64,000 bases of DNA from Pirellulales bacterium (lineage in GTDB: Bacteria > Planctomycetota > Planctomycetia > Pirellulales > PALSA-1355), in NCBI GenBank assembly GCA_963733035.1, contig CAVTBU010000005.1, positions 352,001 through 416,000 on the forward strand. The letters run 5' to 3'. The notes below the pieces were generated by a model. The model saw nothing but the letters and a program-made list of their open reading frames with translations. It searched no databases and had not been told where the DNA came from. Position 1 is the first letter of the stretch. Each line of letters starts with the position of its first letter. Below, one piece after another: positions 9,339 to 20,013 of this stretch. The translations under genes and the position numbers were made by a program.

Positions 9339-11385
9339 TCAAGCGACCACGTCGGTGATCTCCGTCGTCGATGGCGCCGCCTGCTGGCGACGGCTCATCT
9401 GCCGCCACAGTTGGCGAAGTTGGTCGCTTGTACTCTGCGGCAGCCGGCCACGAGCGTAGGCGGCCCGGGAGTAAAGCTCGGCTAGATTGCGGGCGTCGGT
9501 GGCGATTTCGCGATTCAGGCGGCCGACGTCGCGGGCCAGTTCGTGCGGAGTTTGATCGGCGTCGCGCTGGCAGCCGTGCTCGCGCGACCAGGCTTCGAAG
9601 GCCTCGAAGCTGTAGCGGACCAGTTCCTCCGGGGCCAGGCCAGATGCCGCGCCGCTGGCAAACGGATCGGCAAAGCTCGCAAACGGCGGCGGCGGAACGC
9701 GAATGTCGAGCACGGCGTCCTCGGCTACACCGTAATCGCGCTTGCCGCCCCACAGCGTCCGCCACCAGTTACGAAGCTCGGTGAGAAAATTGCGGATTGC
9801 CCGCAGAACTTCGTGCCAATAGCGCCACAAGGCGAGCAGCACTGCCAGGATAAACAGACCATAGAAGATGTATTTTGCAATCGTCATCAGCGGACTTAGC
9901 GGCGCCTCGAAAGACGGGATGTCCATTGGCTCGGAAGCTTGACTTTCAGCGTCCGCACTCGGTTCGGCCTGCTGACTCTGTTCGCCTTTCGGCTTGTTCT
10001 CATAGGGGGCCGCCAATTCCTTTTGCGCCTCTCGATACTTCTTCATGTTCCGCACAAATTCAGACTCGCGCGGAGTGTCTGTTTCTTCTGGCTGGCTGTT
10101 TTGCTCGGAAGGCGACTGTTGCTCGTTCTGAGCGGCCTGGCTGTCTGCGCCCTGTGCGGACTTACCAGACGGGCCGGACGACGGTTTGGACTGAGATGGC
10201 CGCGATTGCTGTTTGTCTCCTTGGCCTTGCTTTTCCGAAGATTGCCCGCTCGATTGATCGCTAGATTGCCGCTTGCCCGGCTGTTCACCTTGTCCGGAGC
10301 CCTCGCCGGGCGAGTCACCGGGCGAGTCGCCGCTTGCCTTGCCGGCCGACTGGCCGCCAGGTTGATGGCCAGTACCTTCCGGGGGATGATCGCCGGCTTG
10401 GAGTTCATTTTCTTTTTCTGCCGCCGGGCCTTGCTGATCGTCATGCGTGCCGTTTTTTTTGGAGGGGGCAAAGCGAGACGCTTGCTGATCTGGCGAGCCG
10501 ACGTTGAACGGCAGTTTCGAAATCGCGTATTCCGCGCTCGGCCGCGGCAGCAGCGCCGCCGTCACGATCAACACAGCGACGATGGCGGTGCCGGTCGCAA
10601 GCCAGAGATTGGCCATCATCGTCGGCATTTCGATACGGCGCTGGCGCAGATAGCGCCGCAGGCCGAGGAAGCTGGTCGTGAGTAGCAGTCCCAATCCGCT
10701 GGCTACGTAGACACACAACAGTAAAAAGACGTAGCGACGTCCGCCGGTGTCCGACGCGGGAATCAGCCATTGTCCCAGGCCAAAGATCGGCAGAGCCGCC
10801 AGTGAAAAATACACCACCCAAACGCCCGGCGCGTGCGGCCGTCGCTGATGCTCGACGTAGCGCTGCCAAAAGCTCGCGGGAACTTGCCGCGTAGTCGTGC
10901 CGGCCAGGCGCTCTTGGTCTGCAACCGCGTTTCGCTCGTCAGCCGGCCTCTCCAACCCGACGACCTGCATCAATCCTTCGCCAGATGAATCTTCCGCGTC
11001 GTCGACTACCGTGCAATCCCAGGTCAATTGATGGGCGCACCACCAGACGATTCCGATCACGGTGAAATTGATGATCCAACTGTACGGATCGACCCACGTG
11101 CCCTGGTATTCCATGAATCGGTTGGCGGCGATGCCGACCAGGATGGCCAAGACCGCGCCAAACGGTGCCGCCCGCTCGAATCCCTGTTCGATCGAGATCC
11201 GGCCGATCAGGACGGCGGCAAACACGAAGCAGGCCATCACGAAGTGCAATCGTTCTTGAAATTGCCCCTGGTAAAACACGCGTAGCAGAAAGAACATCAA
11301 GCTGCCGACCAGCGCCATGATCGAGCGCCGGGCTGATGGCGATCACGACGTAGTCGGCCAGCGTTTGATGGAGGCGGCGAGGCAT
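9339..11385 (-). CDS. Multi-pass membrane protein with a low-complexity linker and C-terminal DUF4129-like domain; apparent frameshift near 11322
   Basis: The N-terminus MPRRLHQTLADYVVIAISPAL joins IMALVGSL if one base is removed. The C-terminus has R..DQTPHELA...Y.RAAY. Confidence 0.7.
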
Positions 11386-11431
11386 ATTAACAGGATGCAG
11401 CCAGAAGGCTGGCAAGTGAAACAACACTTCC

Positions 11432-12772
11432 CTATTGATAAATCGATTGCGGGATGTCGGGGGCCGACTGCAGGACATGGGCCTGGCAGACGCTGCTGAC
11501 GCTCGTTTCGTCGCGGAGGTGGCGCGCGTCGATCTGCTCTGCCAGCAGCTTACCAGCCGCTGCGGCGTACTCGCGATCTTCGTAGATGCTGACCAGCGCC
11601 GTCACGGCAAAACCTCGTCGCCGGAGGTTGCCCAGCGCCACGGCGGTTTCGTCGCTGACGCTTGTCAGAATGGCAACCACGGTTGCATCGCGCGGCAGGC
11701 GCGGGGCGGTCTCCATGACCAGTTGCGCCAGTGTCAGGCCGTCGGTCAACTCGGCCCGCGCGAGCGTTTCGAGAATTCGCATGAGTTGTTCCGGGCCCCG
11801 GCGCGTCTCGACGACGAGCGGTTGCAGCCGGTCGCTGGCGTCGCGCATGCTAGCGGCACGCATGGCGGCGTCGCGGGTGCGAATGTCAAAGTCCCAGCCT
11901 TCCTGGCGAATGCGGTCGGCGGCGTCGCGGGCGTTGGTCACCAGCCCCACCTGCTGGCCCATTTGAAACACGGCGTTGGCCAATGATGCGGCGGCCGTGA
12001 CCGCCAATTCCGATCGCATCGGTTCGTGCCGCGCTTCGAATGAATCCCGATGAAAATCGAGCACGACGGTAATGCCGGCGACCGTCGAGGGCTCGTAGAT
12101 CTTGCTGTGTAGCTCGCCGGTCCGCGCGGTTGCGCGCCAATGTATGCGGTTCAGTGGATCGCCCGATTCGTAGCGCCGCACGCCGGCCATGCGCGTGGGA
12201 TCCTCGAACAGGCGATAGCTCATTTTCACTTCGCCGATCGGCCGCCGCGAAGCCAGATCGAATCCGGCCAGCGGCTGCACCTGTGGATAGACGAGCAGAA
12301 AATGCGGCTCGGTGGCCACGCGGTAGCGGCGATGCAGACCGAACACGTCTCCCGTCTCGAGCACCAGGGGACCAATCTGGTAATAGCCGCGGCGGTTGCA
12401 CTGCAGTTGGTAGTAGACGGTCTTGCGACCACGGCGGCCAAACATGGCCAGATTTAGTCGTTTGCCGCTAGGACGCAGACTAGGCGGGTCATAGACAAGC
12501 GAGTCGCGCGGCAGCAGATCTTCGGCCAAGACCCAGGCAATCGGCAGCGCTCCGCGATTCTCGATGTTGATGACCACGGCCACGCTTTCGCCGACATAGG
12601 CGGCCAATCGATTGCACTCCCGCGTGGCCGAAAGATTCTCGGACCAGGTGCGGGCCAAAAAGCGGCTGACCAGCATCACGCCTAGGAGCGTGTACATGGC
12701 ATAGGCCAACAGCCCCAGGTTGAACGCCAGGGCCACGACCAGCAACGACGTTGCTCCCAGGAACCATTTCAT
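11432..12772 (-). CDS. DUF58 domain protein (MoxR partner)
   Basis: Motifs RRGYY.IGP, VRRYESGDPLNRIHWRATAR and ELAVTAAASLA. Its start overlaps the MoxR stop codon. Confidence 0.88.
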   Translation of the reverse strand: MKWFLGATSLLVVALAFNLGLLAYAMYTLLGVMLVSRFLARTWSENLSATRECNRLAAYVGESVAVVINIENRGALPIAWVLAEDLLPRDSLVYDPPSLRPSGKRLNLAMFGRRGRKTVYYQLQCNRRGYYQIGPLVLETGDVFGLHRRYRVATEPHFLLVYPQVQPLAGFDLASRRPIGEVKMSYRLFEDPTRMAGVRRYESGDPLNRIHWRATARTGELHSKIYEPSTVAGITVVLDFHRDSFEARHEPMRSELAVTAAASLANAVFQMGQQVGLVTNARDAADRIRQEGWDFDIRTRDAAMRAASMRDASDRLQPLVVETRRGPEQLMRILETLARAELTDGLTLAQLVMETAPRLPRDATVVAILTSVSDETAVALGNLRRRGFAVTALVSIYEDREYAAAAGKLLAEQIDARHLRDETSVSSVCQAHVLQSAPDIPQSIYQ

Positions 12773-13728
12773 GACGCGCGGGCTTCGGCGGCCATCGTGG
12801 GAACGGGAATTTCGCTCAAAATCTCCTCGACGATCGAGGCGCTGGTCACTTTGCGCAGGCGGCTTTCGGGCCGCACGATCAGTCGGTGCGTGAGCACCGC
12901 CGGAGCAACGCGTTTCACGTCGTCGGGCAGCACGAAGTTGCGCCCCAAAATCGCGGCCATCGCCTGCCCGGTGCGGAACAAGGCGAGCGACGCACGGGGA
13001 CTGCCACCAAGGCTTAACTCCTCGTGCGTGCGGGTTTCGTGCACGATCTGCATCAGGTAGCGGCGGACCTTTTCGTCGACGTGCACCTCGCGAACGGCGC
13101 GTTGGCAGGCGACCAGGTCGGCCGCCGAGACGACCGGCTCGAGCTTGTCGAGCGGATGGCCGTGCTCGAGCATGTCGAGCATTTTCAGCTCCTGATCCAT
13201 GGTCGGGTAGCCGAGGCTGAAACGGACCAAAAAGCGGTCAAGCTGCGCCTCGGGAAGCGGGAAAGTACCTTCGTGATCGACCGGGTTCTGCGTGCCAATG
13301 ACCAGGAATGGCTGGTCGAGCGTGTGCGTGATGCCGTCGACCGAAACGCGGCCTTCGGCCATCGCCTCAAGCAGCGCGGCTTGCGTACGCGGAGTGGCGC
13401 GATTGATTTCGTCAGCCAAGACGATCTGGGCAAAAATCGGTCCAGCACGGAACTCGAACTCCGTCGATTTGGGATTGAATACGCTCGCGCCTGTAACATC
13501 GGTCGGGAGCAGGTCGGGCGTGCACTGGATGCGCTTGAACGAACAGCCGACGCTGGCCGAGAGGGCCCGGGCAAGCATGGTCTTGGCCACGCCCGGCACG
13601 TCTTCGAGCAGGATGTGCCCTTCACAAAACCAACTCACCAGCGAGAGCACAATCTGCGAACGCTTGCCGACGATGACGTTCTCGACATTGCCGATGATGC
13701 GCTTGGCTGTCGTGGCAACTTCCGCCAT
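12769..13728 (-). CDS. moxR: MoxR-family AAA+ ATPase
   Basis: Motifs LLEDVPGVAKT, RIQCTPDLLPTD, LADEINRA, TQNP..EGTFPLPEAQLDRF and SPRA. Confidence 0.95.
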   Translation of the reverse strand: MAEVATTAKRIIGNVENVIVGKRSQIVLSLVSWFCEGHILLEDVPGVAKTMLARALSASVGCSFKRIQCTPDLLPTDVTGASVFNPKSTEFEFRAGPIFAQIVLADEINRATPRTQAALLEAMAEGRVSVDGITHTLDQPFLVIGTQNPVDHEGTFPLPEAQLDRFLVRFSLGYPTMDQELKMLDMLEHGHPLDKLEPVVSAADLVACQRAVREVHVDEKVRRYLMQIVHETRTHEELSLGGSPRASLALFRTGQAMAAILGRNFVLPDDVKRVAPAVLTHRLIVRPESRLRKVTSASIVEEILSEIPVPTMAAEARAS

Positions 13729-13970
13729 GGCTCATGGCCTCGGGGTCTCAGTTCCGGCTACCAGAGTGGTAAGCCTTCATGCTACCCCGGAAATGGGCAG
13801 TTCGCCACCTGGGACGAAACCGACGGAATAACTCTGCATTCACTGGCTCGGCGGAGCAGTACCTAACGGGACACGAATTGCATTCCCCGACGAAAGCGGC
13901 TGGGAGAACGCACCCGGCCGCATGACTAAGGCTTGCTTCCCAGCCGCAACCATATGCCATACGGCGACGG

Positions 13971-15146
13971 TTATTGCGTGGTGGATGTCTTTTCTTCTTC
14001 CGCCGGCTTGTCGTCAGCCGGTTCGGCGGGGCCCAGCAGCTCTTCCAGCAGTCGGCTTAGCTCCGGGCCGCGGGCTCGGGTGCTGACGACGTTCCCTTCT
14101 TTATCGACCAGGATGACGGTTGGAATGCCCATCACGCCGTAGTAGTTGGCCACGGGGTTGTCGCCCCAGTCGCCGTCGTGCAGCGTAACCCAAGGGTTTT
14201 GCTCGTCGGCAAGGAACTTCTCCAGAGCCTGGCGGTCGCGGTCAAGACTGATGCCGACAACGTCAAAACCCTTGTCATGGTAGAGCTCGTAGTTTTTCTT
14301 TACATTCGGCAACTCCGCACGGCACGGGCCGCACCAGGTGGCCCAAAAGTCCACCAGTACGACCTTGCCACGGTACTTGGCCCAATCGAACTTGCTGCCG
14401 TCCATTTCGGTGCCCGTGATTTCCATCGGATGCCCGATGAGCCCCAATCGCCGGGCCGCGCCTTCCATCTGTTCACCCATCTTGGCAGTCGTTGCAACGG
14501 GGCTCTTGGCCAGAATGCTTCCCAGCTCGCGATAGACGACGATCGCTTCGGCGGAATTGCCGCCGTACTCGAAACTCGAGGCGAGGGTACGGGCCGCCGC
14601 CACCGCGTACTTGGAGGGATTGTCGTGGGCGGCAAAATAGTTCTTCAAGTCGTCAAGCAACTGGCCTTTCTCTTCGTCGCTGGCATTGCGCTCCTGCGAC
14701 CGAGCATAGAGCAAATAGGCTTCCACGTCGCCGTACGTGGGCAGCTTCTTTTCCACGTCGGTGGCCAGCTTCTGAATCTTTTCGGCCGCCTCCTTCATGG
14801 CCTGCGTGCCACGGAGTCGGAACTGAAGGTATTCCTCCTGCGTTTTGGGCGAAAAGTCTGCCAGCTCCTTGAAGAAAGCCATCAATTTCTTGACGTCTCC
14901 TTCGGGCACGGCAAACCGATCGACTTTCGGCTCCTTCTCATCGTCGCCCGCCTCTTCTGACTTCTTTTCCTCGGACTTGTCGTCTTGTTGAGCGAAGGCG
15001 AGCTCAGCGACTACCGCGTGATCTGGTTTCACAATAGGTTTGGCCGTCCCCGAAGCGGACGGTTCTTTGGCCGATGCGCTCGCGCCTGCCAACACCACTA
15101 GCCCCGCCGCCCACATCAGCCCTTGGGTGAATCGTCGCACGATCAT
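13971..15146 (-). CDS. Exported TlpA/ResA-family thiol-disulfide oxidoreductase
   Basis: Signal peptide and a C-terminal thioredoxin domain with VLVDFWATWCGPC and GIPT. Confidence 0.9.
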   Translation of the reverse strand: MIVRRFTQGLMWAAGLVVLAGASASAKEPSASGTAKPIVKPDHAVVAELAFAQQDDKSEEKKSEEAGDDEKEPKVDRFAVPEGDVKKLMAFFKELADFSPKTQEEYLQFRLRGTQAMKEAAEKIQKLATDVEKKLPTYGDVEAYLLYARSQERNASDEEKGQLLDDLKNYFAAHDNPSKYAVAAARTLASSFEYGGNSAEAIVVYRELGSILAKSPVATTAKMGEQMEGAARRLGLIGHPMEITGTEMDGSKFDWAKYRGKVVLVDFWATWCGPCRAELPNVKKNYELYHDKGFDVVGISLDRDRQALEKFLADEQNPWVTLHDGDWGDNPVANYYGVMGIPTVILVDKEGNVVSTRARGPELSRLLEELLGPAEPADDKPAEEEKTSTTQ

Positions 15147-15374
15147 GGCTTGGCCTCCTAATTGAGTGAAGTCACCCTATTCCGAGCGTTTACCTACAAC
15201 AACTATAGTCTTATAGAATTGAGCCGAGAGAATCCATCCTTTTACGGACACGAATCCTGCCAGTTTACTCCACTTGAGATCCGGCAAGGGGGACCGGTAG
15301 CACGAGCTCCCGGCATTGTGTAGCTTGTCGATCAAGTCAGTCCTCAACGAGACCGGTTTGGCCTGGAGATTGCC

Positions 15375-16301
15375 GTGCGAGCGATTAGCAAAGTTGCGCC
15401 CGATTGGTGGGACTACACGACCCTCGATACCGAACTACTGGACGATGCGGCGCGGCTCTCGGCGGAAGACTTGCTGGGCCTTTCACGCCAAGGTTTTACG
15501 GTCCGATTCTATGACACGATCGAGGACTTCTATCTGGCCGAGGCCCTGGAGTACATCACCGCCTGGCGGCAAGCCACGGCCGACAATCCGGCGGGCATCT
15601 GTGGCCCGATCGGCCCGACCGAACAGTTGCCGCTCGTGGCGCGACTGGTCAACGAACTGGAGTTGGATCTGCGGCATGCGCACTTCTGGGGCATGGACGA
15701 ATGGGCGGTCGACGGCCGCGAGGTTGGCGAGGACTTTGCGCTGAGCTTTGCCCGCGCCGACAAGGAGCTGTGTTTCAACCGCATCCGCCCCGAGTTGCAA
15801 ATACCGGACAGCCATTTGCATTTCCCGGGCATTGATTCGACAGCCTACAGCCGCAGTTACGACGAGGTGCGCTGCGTGGTGATGCAGGGAGGTCAAGGCG
15901 AAGTGAAGCACTGGGCCTTCAACGATCCGGTGCGCCGCGGCGGCCAGTATCAGGACGCACCGCCCTCGCCCGAGGAGTACCGCAGGCTGGGTACGCGGCT
16001 CGTTGAGCTGCATCCCATGACTTTGATTCAAAACGCGCGCACCAGCGGCGGTGGCGTGGTGACGGGTGTGCCGACGCACGCCATCACCGTCGGCCCTCTG
16101 GAAACATGGAAGGCCGAGAAGGTGTCGATCTGGCACGCTGGCACGCACGACAATCCGTTCGGACTGCGGCTTACATCACTGATGATTGCCGAGCGGCTTC
16201 CCGATTCATCGGTGCCCATGTCGCTGTTGGCCGATCACCCGAACGTGCAGTTCAATTTTTTCCGGCCGGGCATCGGAACGTGTACGACAGAAATGCACTG
16301 A
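15375..16301 (+). CDS. Glucosamine-6-phosphate isomerase/deaminase (NagB)-like protein
   Basis: Motifs GPTEQ, FWGMDEW, G...[16 protein letters not shown] and S.PMSLL..HPNV. Confidence 0.75.
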   Translation: MRAISKVAPDWWDYTTLDTELLDDAARLSAEDLLGLSRQGFTVRFYDTIEDFYLAEALEYITAWRQATADNPAGICGPIGPTEQLPLVARLVNELELDLRHAHFWGMDEWAVDGREVGEDFALSFARADKELCFNRIRPELQIPDSHLHFPGIDSTAYSRSYDEVRCVVMQGGQGEVKHWAFNDPVRRGGQYQDAPPSPEEYRRLGTRLVELHPMTLIQNARTSGGGVVTGVPTHAITVGPLETWKAEKVSIWHAGTHDNPFGLRLTSLMIAERLPDSSVPMSLLADHPNVQFNFFRPGIGTCTTEMH

Positions 16302-16356
16302 CAAGCGGTTCGTGCAATGGGGTGAAGGATCAGACAGGTAAAAAGGGGAAACTCCG

Positions 16357-17151
16357 ATGGGCAAGGAGAGAAAGCCGCGAGCATTTGCGGTGGCCGCGCA
16401 TCCAGACGATATCGAATTCGTGATGGCGGGGACGATGATTCTGCTCGGCCGCGCCGGGTACGAGCTGCACTACATGAATATCGCCAATGGCTGCTGTGGC
16501 TCGACCGAATACAGTGCTGCACACACGGCCGAGATTCGCGCCCGCGAAGGGCTGGCCGCGGCCGATTCGATTGGGGCGGAGTTCCACCCTAGTTTGGTCA
16601 ACGATCTGGAGATTTTCTACAACCACGAAACGCTGAGTCAATTGGCCGCCGTGATGCGCGAGGTGGCGCCGACGATCCTACTGGTGCACTCGCCGATCGA
16701 CTACATGGAAGACCACATGAACGCCTGCCGGTTAGCACTCACGGCGGCGTTTGCACGCGGCATGCCCAACTATCCGACCCAGCCATCGCGCGAACCGGTG
16801 GAAGAGCCGGTCACCGTCTACCACGCCCAACCTCATGGGAATCGCGATCCATTGGGTGCGGTGGTGCGACCGAGCATCTTCGTGAATATCGGCCCCGTGA
16901 TGCAGGAGAAGACGGCCATGTTGGCCTGCCACAAGAGCCAGCAGCAGTGGCTCGACACGAGCCAGGGACTCGACTCCTATTTGGCGGCGATGCAGGACTT
17001 GTCACGCGAGGTGGGACAGATGTCCGGACGGTTTGAGTTCGCCGAAGGCTGGCGACGGCACAATCACCTCGGATTTGGCGATCCGCATGCCGATCCGCTG
17101 GTCTCGGCGCTAGCGGCCGAAGTTTTAGGGCCTTTGGAGGCGTCAGGCTGA
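16357..17151 (+). CDS. PIG-L/LmbE-family deacetylase
   Basis: Motifs AHPDDIE, R..E, DH and K..ML.CH.SQ. Confidence 0.9.
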   Translation: MGKERKPRAFAVAAHPDDIEFVMAGTMILLGRAGYELHYMNIANGCCGSTEYSAAHTAEIRAREGLAAADSIGAEFHPSLVNDLEIFYNHETLSQLAAVMREVAPTILLVHSPIDYMEDHMNACRLALTAAFARGMPNYPTQPSREPVEEPVTVYHAQPHGNRDPLGAVVRPSIFVNIGPVMQEKTAMLACHKSQQQWLDTSQGLDSYLAAMQDLSREVGQMSGRFEFAEGWRRHNHLGFGDPHADPLVSALAAEVLGPLEASG

Positions 17152-17267
17152 ACCGCGTCACCGGTTTGTCCCACAAGTATCGTCTGGCCACCGAGCGAGG
17201 GCATGTAGCGGTCTTAACGACAGTGCAAGCCCTTGCAGCGTAAGTTGCTTGGACACTGGATCTTAGC

Positions 17268-17295
17268 TTGACAGTGCCCCCCGCAGGACTATCAT
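17268..17295 (+). promoter_or_regulatory. Putative sigma70 promoter upstream of the STAS gene
   Basis: TTGACA-N16-TATCAT. Confidence 0.6.
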
Positions 17296-17465
17296 TAGAT
17301 TTTTGCGGAACCATTTGTCGCGAATACAATTACGACAAATGGAGCCGACCGGGCAACCAGCCTGCGAGGCAAGGACGAGTTAACGACTGGATAAGAATCG
17401 ACTCGATCTGGCTTGCGTCGCCCCTTGGCGGCGGACGCTGGAAATCGACATGAGGAGCACGATTG

Positions 17466-17819
17466 ATGGCCGTTCATCGGCGGTTGCAATTGAATGAAGT
17501 CGGCGACGTGACCGTGGTACGGTTCGTCGACCGCAAGATCCTCGACGAAGCCAACATTCAGGAGTTGGGGCAGGAATTGTTTCAACTGATCGAGGAGGAA
17601 GATCGCAAGAGTTTGCTGCTCAACTTTTCGTCCGTCGAGTTCCTGTCGAGTGCCGCGCTCGGCAAGTTGATCACGCTCGATAAAAAGGTTAAGGCCCACG
17701 GCGGAAAACTAAAGCTCAGCAATATCCGACCTGAAATATACGAAGTCTTCGCCATCACGAAGCTCAACAAGTTGTTCGACATCAAAGACGACGAGGCCGA
17801 CGCGCTAGCCAGCTTCTAG
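17466..17819 (+). CDS. STAS-domain anti-sigma-factor antagonist (RsbV/SpoIIAA-like)
   Basis: LLLNFSSVEFLSSAALGKL carries the phosphorylatable Ser region. GAGGAG RBS. Confidence 0.92.
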   Translation: MAVHRRLQLNEVGDVTVVRFVDRKILDEANIQELGQELFQLIEEEDRKSLLLNFSSVEFLSSAALGKLITLDKKVKAHGGKLKLSNIRPEIYEVFAITKLNKLFDIKDDEADALASF

Positions 17820-18017
17820 CGCATGGGCCGATTCCCTCTTTAGGCGGCTCTCTGGCGATTCGGGGAGCATGTGCACATCCTGGCAGGGTGTGACCCATGC
17901 AAATCGGTTCGCTTCGGCCCCGCAAGAGGACAGTGGCGGGCCATCGCCCCAGCGCGATGGCAAGGGGACGCGCCTAGTGCAATGACCTGGCGGGCGCGTC
18001 AGGAAACGCGGTGAGCC

Positions 18018-18476
18018 ATGTCAAAAAATTCCGCAGCCTGGACTTACGAACAAACGATCCCCAGCGAATTGCACGAGGGGCATCGGGTACTCGAGGAATT
18101 GCTAAGCCGTCTGCAGTCCGAGGGCTGGGATTCAAGGCAAATCTTTGGCATTCGCCTGGCCCTGGAAGAAGCCGTCGTCAACGCCATCAAACATGGCAAC
18201 TGCTTGGACTGCCAAAAACAGGTGCACGTCATCTGCCAATCGACGTCCGATAAAATCTGGATCAAGGTCAGCGACCAAGGCCAGGGGTTCAATCCCCAGG
18301 AAGTACCCGATTGCACCGACGCCCAGCACATCGACCGCCCGAATGGCCGCGGCATTATGCTGATGCGAAACTTCATGAGCCGGGTCGAATACAACAAGAA
18401 GGGCAATGTCGTGGAAATGGAAAAACTCCGCGACAACGGCCATTCTGACCCGGTGGACGAAGCGGACGAACGCTAG
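18018..18476 (+). CDS. Anti-sigma factor Ser kinase (RsbW/SpoIIAB-like)
   Basis: HATPase boxes LEEAVVNAIKHGN, DQGQGF and GRGIMLM. Confidence 0.92.
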   Translation: MSKNSAAWTYEQTIPSELHEGHRVLEELLSRLQSEGWDSRQIFGIRLALEEAVVNAIKHGNCLDCQKQVHVICQSTSDKIWIKVSDQGQGFNPQEVPDCTDAQHIDRPNGRGIMLMRNFMSRVEYNKKGNVVEMEKLRDNGHSDPVDEADER

Positions 18477-18593
18477 CACCGTAGCGCCCTCGACTGCCCT
18501 TGAACCGCAAGGGCGATTTGGCTACAAGCCACGTCCCATTTTCCCCCGTCCCTTACCGTCCCGGACGATTGGATGCGTCCAGGAGTTGGGTTC

Positions 18594-19745
18594 ATGTGGT
18601 GGCGCGCGACAATTCTGTCACTGTTTACGGTGCTCGCCGGCCATGCTGCGCTCGGCGACGGCTTTCCGTACGTGGCCTACGTCAATTCCACCGACGTTTA
18701 CGTACGCAGCGGCCCGGGCCGCGACTACTACCCCACCGACAAACTGCCCAAGGGGGAACGGGTGGAAGTCTATCGCCACGATCCGGGCGGTTGGCTGGCC
18801 ATTCGTCCTCCCCGCGATAGTTTCAGTTGGGTATCGGCGCGGCACCTCGACCTGGAAGAGGGCGAGCTGGCCGTTGCCAACACCGACCGCGTGGTGGCCC
18901 GCGTCGGTAGCGCATTTAGCGACGTGCGCGACGTGATCCAAGTGCGCCTGGACCGCGACGAACAAGTGCGATTGTTGGAGCCGCCGCGTAGTGATTCTCC
19001 GTGGTGCAAGATCGCGCCTCCCGCCGGCGAATTTCGCTGGATTTTTGCAAAGTACGTGGATCGCCAACTCCCGCAGGACCTGGCCGAGGACGAGCACGAA
19101 GCCCGAGGATCCACGGCGCTGGTCGAAACGCGGACGGTAGATGGAGTGCGGCTGACCGCGGGCAGCAACGACGCGGATACGGCCGTCGACCCCGAAACGC
19201 GGCAACAGTTCGTCAGCGATCTCCAGCGGCTGCGCGAGCTGGAGGACATCGAGCTGGATCTCTCGGAAATCGTCGCCGAGGACATTTCACAGTGGTCCTT
19301 CACCGAGTTGCAAAAGCGGGCCGAGCTGGCACTCCGCGCGGCGCAGGGTTCGCTCGAGCGGGGACGGGCACGCGTGCTACTCGACAAATTGGCGCGGTTC
19401 GACGACATCAAACGTCGGCACGACGATGTCCGCGCCGGTGCCACGGCTCGACAGTCGGCACCGGCATTGACCAGCGTCTCACCGCTGGGAATGCGCGATC
19501 AACGATTTGACGGCGTGGGCCGATTGTCGCCTGTCGTTTCGCAAAAGACCGGCGGACCGCAGTACGCCTTGCTCGATCAATCCGGCGCGGTACTGTCGTT
19601 CGTCACGCCGGCGCCGGGAATCAACCTGCGTCAGTTCGTCGACCAATACGTTGGCGTCAACGGCCAGCGCGGCTATCTTCCCGACCTGCAGCGGCAGCAC
19701 GTGAGCGTGCAGCGGGTAACAGTGTTGGACGTCAAGCGCCGTTAG
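18594..19745 (+). CDS. Secreted SH3-domain protein
   Basis: Signal peptide, then VYVRSGPG..Y...L.KG..V......GW.AI, a second SH3-like repeat (WCKIAPP..RWI) and a coiled-coil region. Confidence 0.7.
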   Translation: MWWRATILSLFTVLAGHAALGDGFPYVAYVNSTDVYVRSGPGRDYYPTDKLPKGERVEVYRHDPGGWLAIRPPRDSFSWVSARHLDLEEGELAVANTDRVVARVGSAFSDVRDVIQVRLDRDEQVRLLEPPRSDSPWCKIAPPAGEFRWIFAKYVDRQLPQDLAEDEHEARGSTALVETRTVDGVRLTAGSNDADTAVDPETRQQFVSDLQRLRELEDIELDLSEIVAEDISQWSFTELQKRAELALRAAQGSLERGRARVLLDKLARFDDIKRRHDDVRAGATARQSAPALTSVSPLGMRDQRFDGVGRLSPVVSQKTGGPQYALLDQSGAVLSFVTPAPGINLRQFVDQYVGVNGQRGYLPDLQRQHVSVQRVTVLDVKRR

Positions 19746-20013
19746 CCAAATTCGCTGGCCGGCCTCTTGCCCATTCCTCCCAGTCAATCCTGGATGAATG
19801 TTGCCTTTCCACTTCGTACGTCCTAAGGCTACGCCGATCGGCACGACCTGCTAGCTGCCGTCAGCCAGCGACCGCGCGGCGAAAAATTTCTCTCGCCTCA
19901 GCCGCTTCCCCGAGCCGAAAATCTTCTAACGTCGGCAGAGCCGACCAAGTCTGCCGCCTGGGCTCTTTGCAGCCTCGGTGGACCGGGGGAAGATCTGGGA
20001 TTGGGGGGAAACC

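Noticed and set aside
9950..10450. Repetitive-looking DNA (e.g. CCGGGCGAGTC twice)
   Set aside because: It encodes the low-complexity linker of the DUF4129 protein and is not a CRISPR or other regular array.
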